Shown piece after piece: positions 33,139 through 43,172 of a DNA stretch of 64,000 nt (the stretch's first letter is position 1; each line of letters opens with the position of its first letter). This DNA is from a virus. The position numbers were made by a program, and so were the translations under genes. A model generated the notes under the pieces. It was not told where the DNA came from and made no database searches. It was given only the letters and a program-made list of their open reading frames with translations. Location: positions 1 to 64,000 of IMG/VR virus record IMGVR_UViG_3300030047_000014. One strand, 5' to 3'.

Positions 33139-34635
33139 TCAAATATATTTAAACCTTTTTACTTTTGCAACATGTTCCAGGTATTCTTCTGAAGGAGTAT
33201 AATAAAACTTTCCATCCTTCTTTATCACTCTATCTACTTTTTTGATCATTAATTGTGTAATGAGCTTATTGGTAACAGAGTCTGTTGGAGATTCATAAAC
33301 TGAAGGTTCCAACGTACATTGATTTGATCTATAAACTAATTGTGCTTCCATTATTTCTCAAATATTCTATCAAAAGTTTTTGTAAGTTTCGAAAAAACCT
33401 TGTACAGTATCTCCTTATAGTTATCAGGAGATTCATTTAGAGGTGCTTCAGCTATAATACTATCGTATATTCCTTCAAATTCCTTAGGAAAACCAAATTG
33501 AAATGTAGCAAATGTATTATCAAAATCATCATCATAATCCTTAATGTATGTAGGCGTTGCTCTTAATTCAGCTATTTCTGCTTTATAATCTTCTCTGTTA
33601 TTTCCTCCTACTCTTGTATAAACACTAATAACTTTTTTAGTTATGTCATATACTTTAAGAGGAATACCAAATTGATCAGTTCCATCTTTACTATTTGATA
33701 ATTCTCCTAAGAAACAATCCCTAAATCTTGGATACTCATCTGAATGTTTTCCTAATACAGGAAGAATAAAAAATGTAGCAGGATTTACTCCATTTATCAT
33801 GTTATATAAACTCATACGTGTTTTTCTTTATTACTTTTTATAGTTCTTTTACATTGATTAATAGCCATATCAATACTATCTGAATTCATTTGATTAATGG
33901 CTTGATCAATATTATAATTTAAATGCTCATGACAAAACATTTTTTTAAACATCATCTGTTGAGCATGTGTACATTCCAAGAGTAATTCTTTAAGAGTTAC
34001 CTTAGCAGAGTCTTTCTCTTTCATTTGTATCTGTTTTTAGCTCGTCCTTCATGATGATCATTATCTGGAGATGTATAAGCCCATATCCATAACACCAGAA
34101 TAATAACAATAATGACAATAATAATACAGATTTTCATATGAAATAGTCTTGTTTAGAGTAATCAAACCATCCTTCCTCTACACATTCTATCCTAGTAAGC
34201 TGTCCTGTATAGTTCATATAATTATCCCAGTCTTCAGCACAATGAAATACTATGAAAGGATTTAAAGTCTGATTACTGAATGACTTTATTATTCCATTCT
34301 GAATTTTATATTCATCACAATTCTTCCGGGAGTATAATGTACTTTGTCTCCTATTTTCATGGTAATTGAATTAAAAATCCATCATCATCTGTTGTTACTT
34401 TAATAGCAGGAGAGAAATAAAGATCAGTAATCTTTCCTTCTTTCTGTGCTTTTCTTAGTATTTTTTGGGTATTAATTATTGGTTGAGGGGTTTCATATCC
34501 ACCTTGCTGTGCAGAATTATTATCATGGATAATATACAACCCTATCTTATATACCTGGGAAGTCATTGAATGCTCTTTACCATCCTGTTTAAAAGAATGA
34601 AAGGCACTATATTCCCATACTTTTTTCTTTTTCAT
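33139..34635 (-). other. Small hypothetical CDS (33139-33351, 33351-33815, 33812-34024, 34357-34635)
   Basis: ORF track. Confidence 0.6.
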
Positions 34636-35060
34636 TCTATGAATTCTTTAAAGATGATTGTCTCACTTACAATACAACCTGCACTATTCTTAAAATAGTT
34701 TGAACCTTTTGGAATAATGAATTTTCCAAATGTAGCATAAACTCTACTTCCTTTGTTAAAACGCTTCTTATCAAGTGTTGTAAGAGCATGAAAGCCTGAT
34801 CTAACCATAGCATAACTGTTTGTTAGCTTCCATTTATATTTAGTTTCTTTATTATCAAATGCTACATCACTATTATTATAATCAAAATTTACATTATATG
34901 TCTTACCAAGTTCATACTTAAAGGACTGAAAAGGGGATACAAATTGATTCCCCTCTAAACTATCTAAGCCTGCTTTATACACTACAATATCTTCTTTTGC
35001 TATAGAAGGCTTATTCATTTTTCTTAATGGTATTACTGTACACATATTATTGATATTCAA
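34632..35060 (-). CDS. Hypothetical protein, paralog A
   Basis: MCTVIP...IAKEDIVVYK...GFHALTT...FIIPKG. Confidence 0.75.
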   Translation of the reverse strand: MNINNMCTVIPLRKMNKPSIAKEDIVVYKAGLDSLEGNQFVSPFQSFKYELGKTYNVNFDYNNSDVAFDNKETKYKWKLTNSYAMVRSGFHALTTLDKKRFNKGSRVYATFGKFIIPKGSNYFKNSAGCIVSETIIFKEFIE

Positions 35061-35505
35061 TTAGTTTGTTAAAAATAATTTGATCACTTACAATACAATC
35101 AGCTTTATTTTTATAATAAAAAGCTCCTGCAGGAATAATAAAGCTTAAATAAGCTATTTTTTTACTAATACCGATCCATCCTCTTGATAAATGAAGTCTT
35201 TCTTTATTATAGGTAGTTAATGCATGAAAACCTGTTGCTACATAAACAGGGTTTTCTAAGCTATTTTTATAATCTGCTTCAATATTATCAAAGTAACTAG
35301 TGGTTCTAGTAGTGGAGAAATTTGTTTTAACGACTACTCCTTTGATATATTTAAAACCTTTTATAAATGCAGCTTCACATTCCTGTGGATCTTTCTCATT
35401 ATAGAGATATTGCTCATTATTAATATATCCTATCTTAAAAACCTCAATATCCTTTTCTGCAATATGAGGTTTACCATTTTCACTCATTGGAATAACTGTA
35501 CACAT
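35047..35505 (-). CDS. Hypothetical protein, paralog B
   Basis: MCTVIP...IAEKDIEVFK...GFHALTT...FIIPAG. Confidence 0.75.
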   Translation of the reverse strand: MCTVIPMSENGKPHIAEKDIEVFKIGYINNEQYLYNEKDPQECEAAFIKGFKYIKGVVVKTNFSTTRTTSYFDNIEADYKNSLENPVYVATGFHALTTYNKERLHLSRGWIGISKKIAYLSFIIPAGAFYYKNKADCIVSDQIIFNKLIEYQ

Positions 35506-35878
35506 GTTTTTATTTTCTATAAAGATTTAAAACTTCTTCAGAACATTCTACACATTTTAGAATATTCTCTTTATACAATACTTTATCTCCCTGTTGTTCT
35601 ACAAAATCAAGTCCTTTTTCTTGCCAATGACAATATATACACCAATCATGTCCATATCCTTTCTTAGCAAGCCATAATAGATTCTTATTCTGTAATCTTG
35701 GGGCTGATTCCATATCTAATCCCTCAGGACTATTAGGAAGAATACCTGATGCGAATATCTTTCCATCAGGTATTTTGTTGAATTCTTTTAATGTTAACAT
35801 GATTCCTCTGTTTCTATTATAGGAAAATCTTCATCTTCCTGATCCTCATCTTCATCATACAATAGATTTGCCATAACT

Positions 35879-36241
35879 TTAAAGTATTAATTTACCAAAT
35901 TTAACTTTCCAATCTTCAATTTCATATATTCTTACTCCATGAATTTCTTCAAGCTTCATACCAAAGAATCTACTCCAGGTTATTCTATAACAAGGAATGT
36001 TATGCTTTAAAGCATATTTAAGCTCTTCATAAACTCCTCTACCAATATATCCTTTGTATGAATGAGCAATAACAGCTTCACAACTCTTTATAGCTTGCAA
36101 ATAAGGCTTCATTGAACCAAGCTCTCCCATCATAGTATTAGGATCAAGAACATCTATTCCTGCATCCCGCATAGCCTTCATAAGAGCTCTTTCTAAAGGC
36201 TTACCATAAATCATTTTACTGTGTGCAAAGTATGTTTTCAT
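35879..36241 (-). CDS. Nucleoside 2-deoxyribosyltransferase-like (TIR-like fold) protein
   Basis: YFAHS, VLDPN, IKSCEAVI, IGRGVYEELKYA. Confidence 0.6.
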   Translation of the reverse strand: MKTYFAHSKMIYGKPLERALMKAMRDAGIDVLDPNTMMGELGSMKPYLQAIKSCEAVIAHSYKGYIGRGVYEELKYALKHNIPCYRITWSRFFGMKLEEIHGVRIYEIEDWKVKFGKLIL

Positions 36242-36243
36242 GT

Positions 36244-37619
36244 CTAAATTAGTTTTAGTGCTTCTTCAATAGCTAAAGTATATCCTTCATAAAGTTTATT
36301 AGTATCATGCCATTCATTATAGAAGATTAGGTCTCCCTGACCATCAAAACCAAGCTTCTTTGCTCTTACTTCTCTTGCTTTCTTATTATACCGTCTGAAA
36401 GCTGATAATAACTCTTTATTTGTCATATATATAAAAATTAATGATTACGAAAAAAAAAGAGTGAGGACATAATCCCCACCCTCTTAAACAAATGTAAACA
36501 TGGAAAAACAATCTTCTATGGCTTTACAGCCTCCTGATTAACAGCTTTAACACTATTCACCTGAGAAGGTAAATAATGCTTAATTGGTTTGAGCCAATGT
36601 TTCACTACTTTACCTTTTTTGTCAGTAATCTTGCACTTAATCCACTGTACAACTCTTACATATTTGGAATCTTTGAGCACTGTAAGATGAGGACCAGGAG
36701 AATTACCTTTAAACCTGGGCTCATTTTTATATGCCCTGCGAGATCTTCTGTTTTCATCATAACTGATGTAATCATGCTCAATAGCATTGATACATATACC
36801 ATTCTTGTTAAATTTTTTCTTGTACGGAACATTTGTTGCTGGATCCATTTTTTAAATTTTAAAGTGATTAATTAATTACAATTATAAGAAAGTTTTAAAC
36901 ACTATTTGATTACTTACCATTTTTCTTCTATTTTAACAAGTTTATAACCAAAATCTTTAGCACCATCATTAAACATGTCAATACTAATTTGTCCCACAGC
37001 ATAGAAAGGTGTTATAGGTGCAAATTCAATGATAATAGCTATTATAGGTCTTTCACCTATTGCACCATTTTCTTTAAAATGTATTTGTGTAGGTTTACCT
37101 TCAAAAAGATGTTTTCCATTGTCTTCTAATTCTATGGCTTCTTTACCCCAGTTAAATCCTTGAAATGGTTTCATTTTGTTTATTTTTTAAAATTTCTTTT
37201 TTCCTTAAATTATGCTTTGTAGTTATCTCAATGAGATCAGATATATTTGTCCAAAACAACTTATTAGTTGTTCTTGTGCCTAGCAGAGCTCTAGAACCAT
37301 CAATTTGTTTTAATACAAATCTCATAGTTTTATTGCTCTGCCATTTTACATGATAATTACATCCTACTACATATTCTTTTTCCAGAACATTAATCTTTTC
37401 CATAGTGATGATGTAGATTAAGTTTCATAATAATGGTATTAAGAATAAAATAGAACCATTCATGGCAAACCCCAGAAAGAATAAAGCAAGTCCAAAACAT
37501 TCTAATTGCTTATTCCCTTTTTCAGAACCATACAGGCATAAACATGCTCCTATCATTACCAAATAATTGCCTGCTGTTAACAAGCAATTATAGGTTTTGT
37601 CTTTTAATGTTATCTTCAT
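36244..37619 (-). other. Small hypothetical CDS cluster
   Basis: 36244-36426, 36516-36848, 36914-37174, 37152-37403, 37425-37619 (two hydrophobic segments). Confidence 0.55.
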
Positions 37620-37767
37620 ATTGAAGCATTCAATAATAAAGATAAATCAACTGTAGATATTAACTGTGAAATAGCTAATATCTTTTTTTGTTGATGTAAT
37701 ACGTTTACATTAACACTACTTTTCTTCATGTCCATGATTGCTTGTTTCCTTGGGGATGTTTTAGTTT

Positions 37768-38124
37768 TCATTTTTGTGCCTCCCTTTTCTCCTGAGCTGA
37801 TAAGTACTGATAGTTACGCTTTGGTTTTACAAACTTTGGTTTATGCTGAGTTAATTTGATTACCATTAATTGGCTCTCCATTAATATAGCGTTATCTTTT
37901 GGTGTTCTTACTTCAACCAATAGATCTACTGTTACATACTTAGGATGTACAGTTGCCACTCTTACTATCCAAGAAGATCCAGGAGCTACAAATTCTTTTG
38001 AGGATCTTTCGATAAATCCTACCATGTTATTAACACGACAGACTGGTCTGCCACCATTTTGATTCTTAACAAAATCAACAGTGATCTCATCTCCTTCTTC
38101 AGGAGCAATTTTAAAATTTCTCAT
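37768..38124 (-). CDS. TRAM-like OB-fold protein
   Basis: EGDEITV...GGRPVCRVNNMVGFI...VAPGSSWIVRVATVHPKYVTVDLL. Confidence 0.5.
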   Translation of the reverse strand: MRNFKIAPEEGDEITVDFVKNQNGGRPVCRVNNMVGFIERSSKEFVAPGSSWIVRVATVHPKYVTVDLLVEVRTPKDNAILMESQLMVIKLTQHKPKFVKPKRNYQYLSAQEKREAQK

Positions 38125-38146
38125 TTTTTTTTACTTTTTTAAATTA

Positions 38147-39880
38147 TTAATCTCTACCATGAAAATCGTCAGCAAGCTGCTTGTAATAAAATTCATTTCT
38201 TTCCAGATACTGTTCTCCACCATTAGAGGAGTTAATAATATCTGATTGTAGCATCATTGCATCTCTTATTTCAAGCAATTTAATATGATCGGATGATCTG
38301 CATGCTTGCTTATTAATAAGCTCTTGAATGAGCTGTATTGGTAATTGAAGTTTATTCTGCATCTTCTCTGATATTATAAACATTTTCATTCCAATCTTCT
38401 TCAGAGGATTTGATTTCTCTTTGAATATGATCTTCAGGATCAAATTTCAAATCAACTCTGGCTTTATAAATACGTGTAGCAATATGCTTAGACAAAGCAT
38501 ATTTTATAGTGATAAGCTCATCTAATGAGCAATCTTCTAATTGTTGAAGAATAGTATTCATAATCCTGCTTTTATTTGTTCAAGCATAGCATTTGTAAGC
38601 TTTTTGTCATAAGCTTTTGTTGCATATGACATAGATGTCACATATTCACCCTCAGGAGTATCTTCAGATTCTCTTCCAATGTATTCAACAGAATTCTCAT
38701 TCATTCCAAAGAATTGTAGATTCCTCATAGAACCAAGAGTCAATTTGTCTTCAGTAGTTTCAGCTTCAACCTTCCAACCTACTGTTTTTCCTTCATCCTC
38801 AATTAATATTACTTTCATATCACCAGTATTTACGAAATGATTTTAATTTCTTTTGAGTAGGCTTACTCATAGCAATAACAAATAAGCCCATAATTCCTCC
38901 AAATATTAATGAGAGGATAATATCACCTGGAAGTAATCTTCCATAATTGTAGCATCTAATATCATATATGGAGCTACTTACTCCTATGATATACCATATG
39001 AAACCAAGAACAATTAGAATTGTTTCCATAATAATATAGATTAAACTGCTCCTAATTTCATACATGAAAACACTGCTATTATCAGTATAACAGCAATAAT
39101 AAGCATCCACCAATCAGCAGATAGTGGATAATCAAGCCAGGATTTCTTTTTCATAATTTAAAGATTTTCGTTTATCCATTTCTCTAATCCATCACCTCCA
39201 GGAAAGAAAGTATTTCTTTTATATGATTGAACAACATGAATAGCTGTTCTCATCATTAATCTTTTAACTTCTTCTCTTGTCCAAGAATCTTTAATAGATT
39301 TGATATTGATAGTATTATCAGTAAGTTTTAATACTAATTTCTCTGATGGATTTCCTAACATGAAATTAGAAATATCATCTGAATGAATCTCTTCATATTC
39401 TACCATTACTTTCATAATAGGAGTATGATTGTTATAAGCCTCAATAAAGCTTTTAACAAAGGGATAAGTCATTTCAGCAAGATGAAGATTTGTATCAGTA
39501 GAAGCAATTATCTTTTTAGACCAATCAGGATTATATCCTACAAAGTCATTATTTTCAATACCAATCCATTTATTAAAAATGGAAGTACATTTATATAATG
39601 AATATACAGGAATACCATTATTCTGATCTTTTCTATCTCTATCATCAGTTACAAACCAATCACCTTCTTTAATCTCTTCATCAGAAGTAATATAAAGATG
39701 TTGAAAAGGAATTGCTGAAACAAAATCACCAAATTGTTGATGAAAAACATACATATCAACTAATTCTTTATCTACTAATTGAAGTTTATTGTTGTCACTT
39801 CTTGTAGAGATCATTCCAATTTGAGGTGCTTTTTCACTTATAGGAAGCAGTACACATCTACATTCTTTAAATATTGACAT
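38147..39880 (-). other. Hypothetical CDS cluster (38147-38443, 38352-38561, 38558-38818, 38820-39113 membrane, 39158-39880)
   Basis: ORF track. Confidence 0.6.
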
Positions 39881-39891
39881 AGTCTTTATTT

Positions 39892-40368
39892 TTAAAGTTT
39901 ATTTAATTCATTTATATATGCTTGAGCAGCATCTTCTTCTTTATTAAATCTTCCTAAGAATTTATTCTTACCATCAATTCTTATTTCACTCCTCCATTTT
40001 TTACAAGAAGATTCCCAAGAAACTCCTGTAAATGTAGAAGTACTTATACTATCTTTAGAGTTATTAACTCTTTGAGTAACTATTTGAAGATTCTTATAGT
40101 AGTTATTTAACTTATTATTATCTCTATGATCAACTACTAAATATCTACCATCTCTCTTTTGATCAAGAAAATAATCAGCAACTAGCAGATGTATAAGTAA
40201 GTGAAACTTCTTACCATTTTTTGATAAATGTGCTTGCAAATAACCATCTCCAACAATACTAGGTTTAAGAAGTTTTCCTCTTTTGTTTTTAATTCCTCCA
40301 TAATTAGAGATTTGATAAAATCCTTCATAACCTAGTATATCTTTCCATTCTTCGTAATCTTTATACAT
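39892..40368 (-). CDS. NUMOD4-HNH-AP2 homing endonuclease
   Basis: EEWKDILGYEGFYQISNYG; IHLLVA...VDHRDNNKLNNYYKNLQ; GVSW...KWRSEI...LGRF. Confidence 0.92.
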   Translation of the reverse strand: MYKDYEEWKDILGYEGFYQISNYGGIKNKRGKLLKPSIVGDGYLQAHLSKNGKKFHLLIHLLVADYFLDQKRDGRYLVVDHRDNNKLNNYYKNLQIVTQRVNNSKDSISTSTFTGVSWESSCKKWRSEIRIDGKNKFLGRFNKEEDAAQAYINELNKL

Positions 40369-40996
40369 TATCTTGTAGATTTAAATAGTTCTGTTGTACC
40401 ATCTTTCTTATTAATCTTAGAATTCCACGTTTGGAACGATCATTCACAAGATTATTATCTAGAAATAGAAATTCATCTGAACTGAAGGATTTAGAAGAAT
40501 AATCAGAGTAGCATTCTCCTGTTTCAATATTGTAATATTTACTATTAAGAGAATAAATACATCCTCCTTGTAAATAAGGGGAGGCAAACTGTTCAAAGAT
40601 TACCTTCTCATCACCATTTTTATTAATAATGACAAAATGACCTGCTAAATGAGGTTTATCCTTCTTTATCTTAGTAATACTATCTTCATAATAGGATTCA
40701 ACATGTTTTAATAACATGAAATAATCAGCTTTCATATCAACACTATATCCTCCTATACGATAGAGAGTATTTCTTAGTTTACGCTCACCTAAATACAAAT
40801 GACAATAATCATCAAAAGAATGAACATTCCATCTCTTACGATATCTATCATCTAATTGAACATGTCTTAGATGTAAACCAGTAGTATCCTCAGGTTTAGT
40901 CTCTGTTAATATAGTAGCAAATAAACCTAATGCTGTAAAAAATCCATGTGTATTTCTCATGATAATATAGAATCTAATTAATAATGTTAATATCAA
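40361..40996 (-). CDS. Hypothetical protein (possible frameshift near the 3' end)
   Basis: ORF track; see findings. Confidence 0.65.
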   Translation of the reverse strand: MILTLLIRFYIIMRNTHGFFTALGLFATILTETKPEDTTGLHLRHVQLDDRYRKRWNVHSFDDYCHLYLGERKLRNTLYRIGGYSVDMKADYFMLLKHVESYYEDSITKIKKDKPHLAGHFVIINKNGDEKVIFEQFASPYLQGGCIYSLNSKYYNIETGECYSDYSSKSFSSDEFLFLDNNLVNDRSKRGILRLIRKMVQQNYLNLQDNV

Positions 40997-41035
40997 ATAA
41001 AAAAGGTGCTCCTCTTATATAGAGAGAAACACCTT
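40997..41035 (-). terminator. Intrinsic terminator ending the tmRNA transcript
   Basis: AAGGTGTTTCTCT-N7-AGAGGAGCACCTT followed by a T-run. Confidence 0.8.
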
Positions 41036-41039
41036 AGTA

Positions 41040-41189
41040 AAAATGTACAACTCTAAGCTGCCATCTTCATTTCACTATTTTCGCCATTTACATGACAATA
41101 CCCATTTTATCAGTTAGTTATCTAAAATGATCTTTAGACTTCTATGATTAGAAACTACCATTTATCTGCTGTCAAAACCAGTCAGCCCC
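41040..41189 (-). ncRNA. ssrA: tmRNA coding piece (5' acceptor strand plus tag reading frame)
   Basis: GGGGCTGACTGGTTTTGACAG 5' end; tag GENSEMKMAA* at 41085-41053 preceded by TAAAT. Confidence 0.9.
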
Positions 41190-41454
41190 TAATAAATTTA
41201 AAAGTATGAAAGATAACATCTCTGTCTCCTTATTCAGTAATTGTGGTTATCTTAATGGTTGTCCTCTTGTGCACAGTTATCTCTAAGTTGAGCCTTTAGC
41301 TTACAATATTACTGATATACTTTCTATACTTTTTACTAATTGGCGATTAGTATGTGGAGTAGAAGTTTACTATATCTTGGCACTGGAGTTATCATGAATA
41401 ACCAGATATTAAAGAATACAATATTTGTCTTGCGAACAAATGAGCTTCTACTTT

Positions 41455-41515
41455 GTGGAGCTGAGGAGAATCGAACTCCTGTCCAAACAGTTTCCTTTAA
41501 TTTCAATGAATATTA
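41455..41515 (-). ncRNA. ssrA: tmRNA acceptor piece (T-arm and 3' acceptor strand), transcribed before the coding piece
   Basis: CTGTTTGGAC AGGAG-TTCGATT-CTCCT CAGCTCC A C; pairs with GGGGCTG including G3.U70; the 5' boundary is approximate. Confidence 0.88.
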
Positions 41516-41523
41516 TATTTTTA

Positions 41524-41531
41524 CAAAGATA
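41524..41531 (-). promoter_or_regulatory. -7 box upstream of the tmRNA acceptor piece
   Basis: TATCTTTG matches TAnnTTTG; no clear -33 TTTG. Confidence 0.55.
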
Positions 41532-41998
41532 TAACAAATTATTAGGACACCGCCTTCCCACGTCCAACCTTTTTGTAATATTAAAATGGTTGCAAAACTT
41601 ACTCCCTAAGTATTAAATTTGTGTCCAGGGCAATTATATCATTGACTGTTACTATTGCGTAGTAATTCAATAGATATTAAATATGTTTTTACAGGCTTTT
41701 TAAGCTCTCACATTCATAGTCGTCTCATAGCAGTTCTTTTTATTTAATATGACTATATAGTCATTGTTATTAATCATCCATTTCATCCTCACTCTCATCC
41801 AGATATTCAGGGTCATAATCAGGACACCCATCATCTTCCCAATTTAACAAATCCATCTCAGTATCCTCAGATAGATAAAGCTTTCGAGATTTAATCATAC
41901 TACTAACAGTTTTTCAATACATACCAGGAAAATAACAGCCACTACCAATGATATGGTAATGGCTGCAAAATAACTCTTAACTACATTTGTTTTCATAG

Positions 41999-43120
41999 CT
42001 AATCCTCCAACAAATAATCAGTATTAATGATAAGAGACAAATCTTCATTATATATCTGTAATTGTACAGGTATAAGCTTATCAATAAGCTCTTTGTCATT
42101 AAATGTGGTAAGCTTATGAGTGACACTATTTCCATTTATTTTGAGATAACCCTTTGATCGCCAAGCAGGTATATGTGTTCTTGCCTGAGACAATGGTAAT
42201 GTACGATAGTACACATAATGATCTGCATATCCTTTAGGTGCACCCTTAAAGGGAGCTAAGAATACTAACTGAAGGTTCTTAGTCCAATAGGACTGTTTAC
42301 CTGTCATTTGTAGTTTAGCTCTAGCCCAAGCACCTCCAAAATAAATAGAAAGTCTTTTCAAATAATCTTCCTTATTAAGATTAGGATACAGTTTCTCATA
42401 TGAAGAGAGATAATGATCTCTTTGTTCTAAAGGTATAATACCCTTCCAACCACTACTCATAAGTACTTTATAAGAATTCAACATCTCTACCATATCAGGA
42501 GCATACTTGATCATATTTTCAGATTCAATCAGGTATTCATAAATAAGAGCTGCAAGCTCATGATTAACCTTCTTAAATCTATCTGCATTCTCCATCTCAC
42601 TCTCAAGTATTACTCTAACAGAGCCATCAGGACATAGTATTTGAACAAGATTCTTGAAGTCATTTGAATAAGAATCAATATTTGCACTAATCATTGATTG
42701 ATTACCCTCAAGTGAGAATAATTCATAACCAGATGTATCTTCCACACGAATAACAATCTCCACACCATTAGGATAATATCTCTTTACTGCTTCAGATAAA
42801 CAAACCAGTCTTTGAATAGCAGATAGTTCTGCTATATCAATAGTAGCACTGAAATCACTCTTAATAGAGCCCCAGGGAACCATGATTGGTATTGCTGTAT
42901 TGTTGTTGATTGCCTCTCTTATTACATCTCTGATTACAACCAAGGATTCAGGTGTAGGCAAACAGCCATACCTTACCTCTTTTGTTCCTATTATCAGATT
43001 AGAGAGGATTTCAACTAAATCTGAGGAACTAAATGTAGCCACATTTGGAAATTGCTCATTAATGTGTAAGCATATCAAATCTCCATATGGCTCTTCAACT
43101 CCAATTATTCTTGTTTTCAT
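41999..43120 (-). CDS. DIT1/PvcA (isocyanide synthase)-like protein
   Basis: IPIMVPWGSIKS...DIAELSAIQRLVCLSEAVKRYYPNGVEIVIRVED...IDSYSNDF...HIPAW parallels the PvcA motif order. Confidence 0.6.
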   Translation of the reverse strand: MKTRIIGVEEPYGDLICLHINEQFPNVATFSSSDLVEILSNLIIGTKEVRYGCLPTPESLVVIRDVIREAINNNTAIPIMVPWGSIKSDFSATIDIAELSAIQRLVCLSEAVKRYYPNGVEIVIRVEDTSGYELFSLEGNQSMISANIDSYSNDFKNLVQILCPDGSVRVILESEMENADRFKKVNHELAALIYEYLIESENMIKYAPDMVEMLNSYKVLMSSGWKGIIPLEQRDHYLSSYEKLYPNLNKEDYLKRLSIYFGGAWARAKLQMTGKQSYWTKNLQLVFLAPFKGAPKGYADHYVYYRTLPLSQARTHIPAWRSKGYLKINGNSVTHKLTTFNDKELIDKLIPVQLQIYNEDLSLIINTDYLLED

Positions 43121-43172
43121 GTTATAGTTATTCTTTAATTAATACTATTGCTATATTATTCTTTGTTTATTC

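Noticed and set aside
41455-41490. tmRNA 3' end interpreted as an attP site
   Set aside because: It pairs exactly with the phage's own downstream 5' piece, which has no other 3' end, and no integrase is seen in the window.
41340-41616. Plus-strand ORFs 41340-41534 and 41425-41616
   Set aside because: They are antisense to the tmRNA pieces, have non-ATG starts and show no protein motifs.
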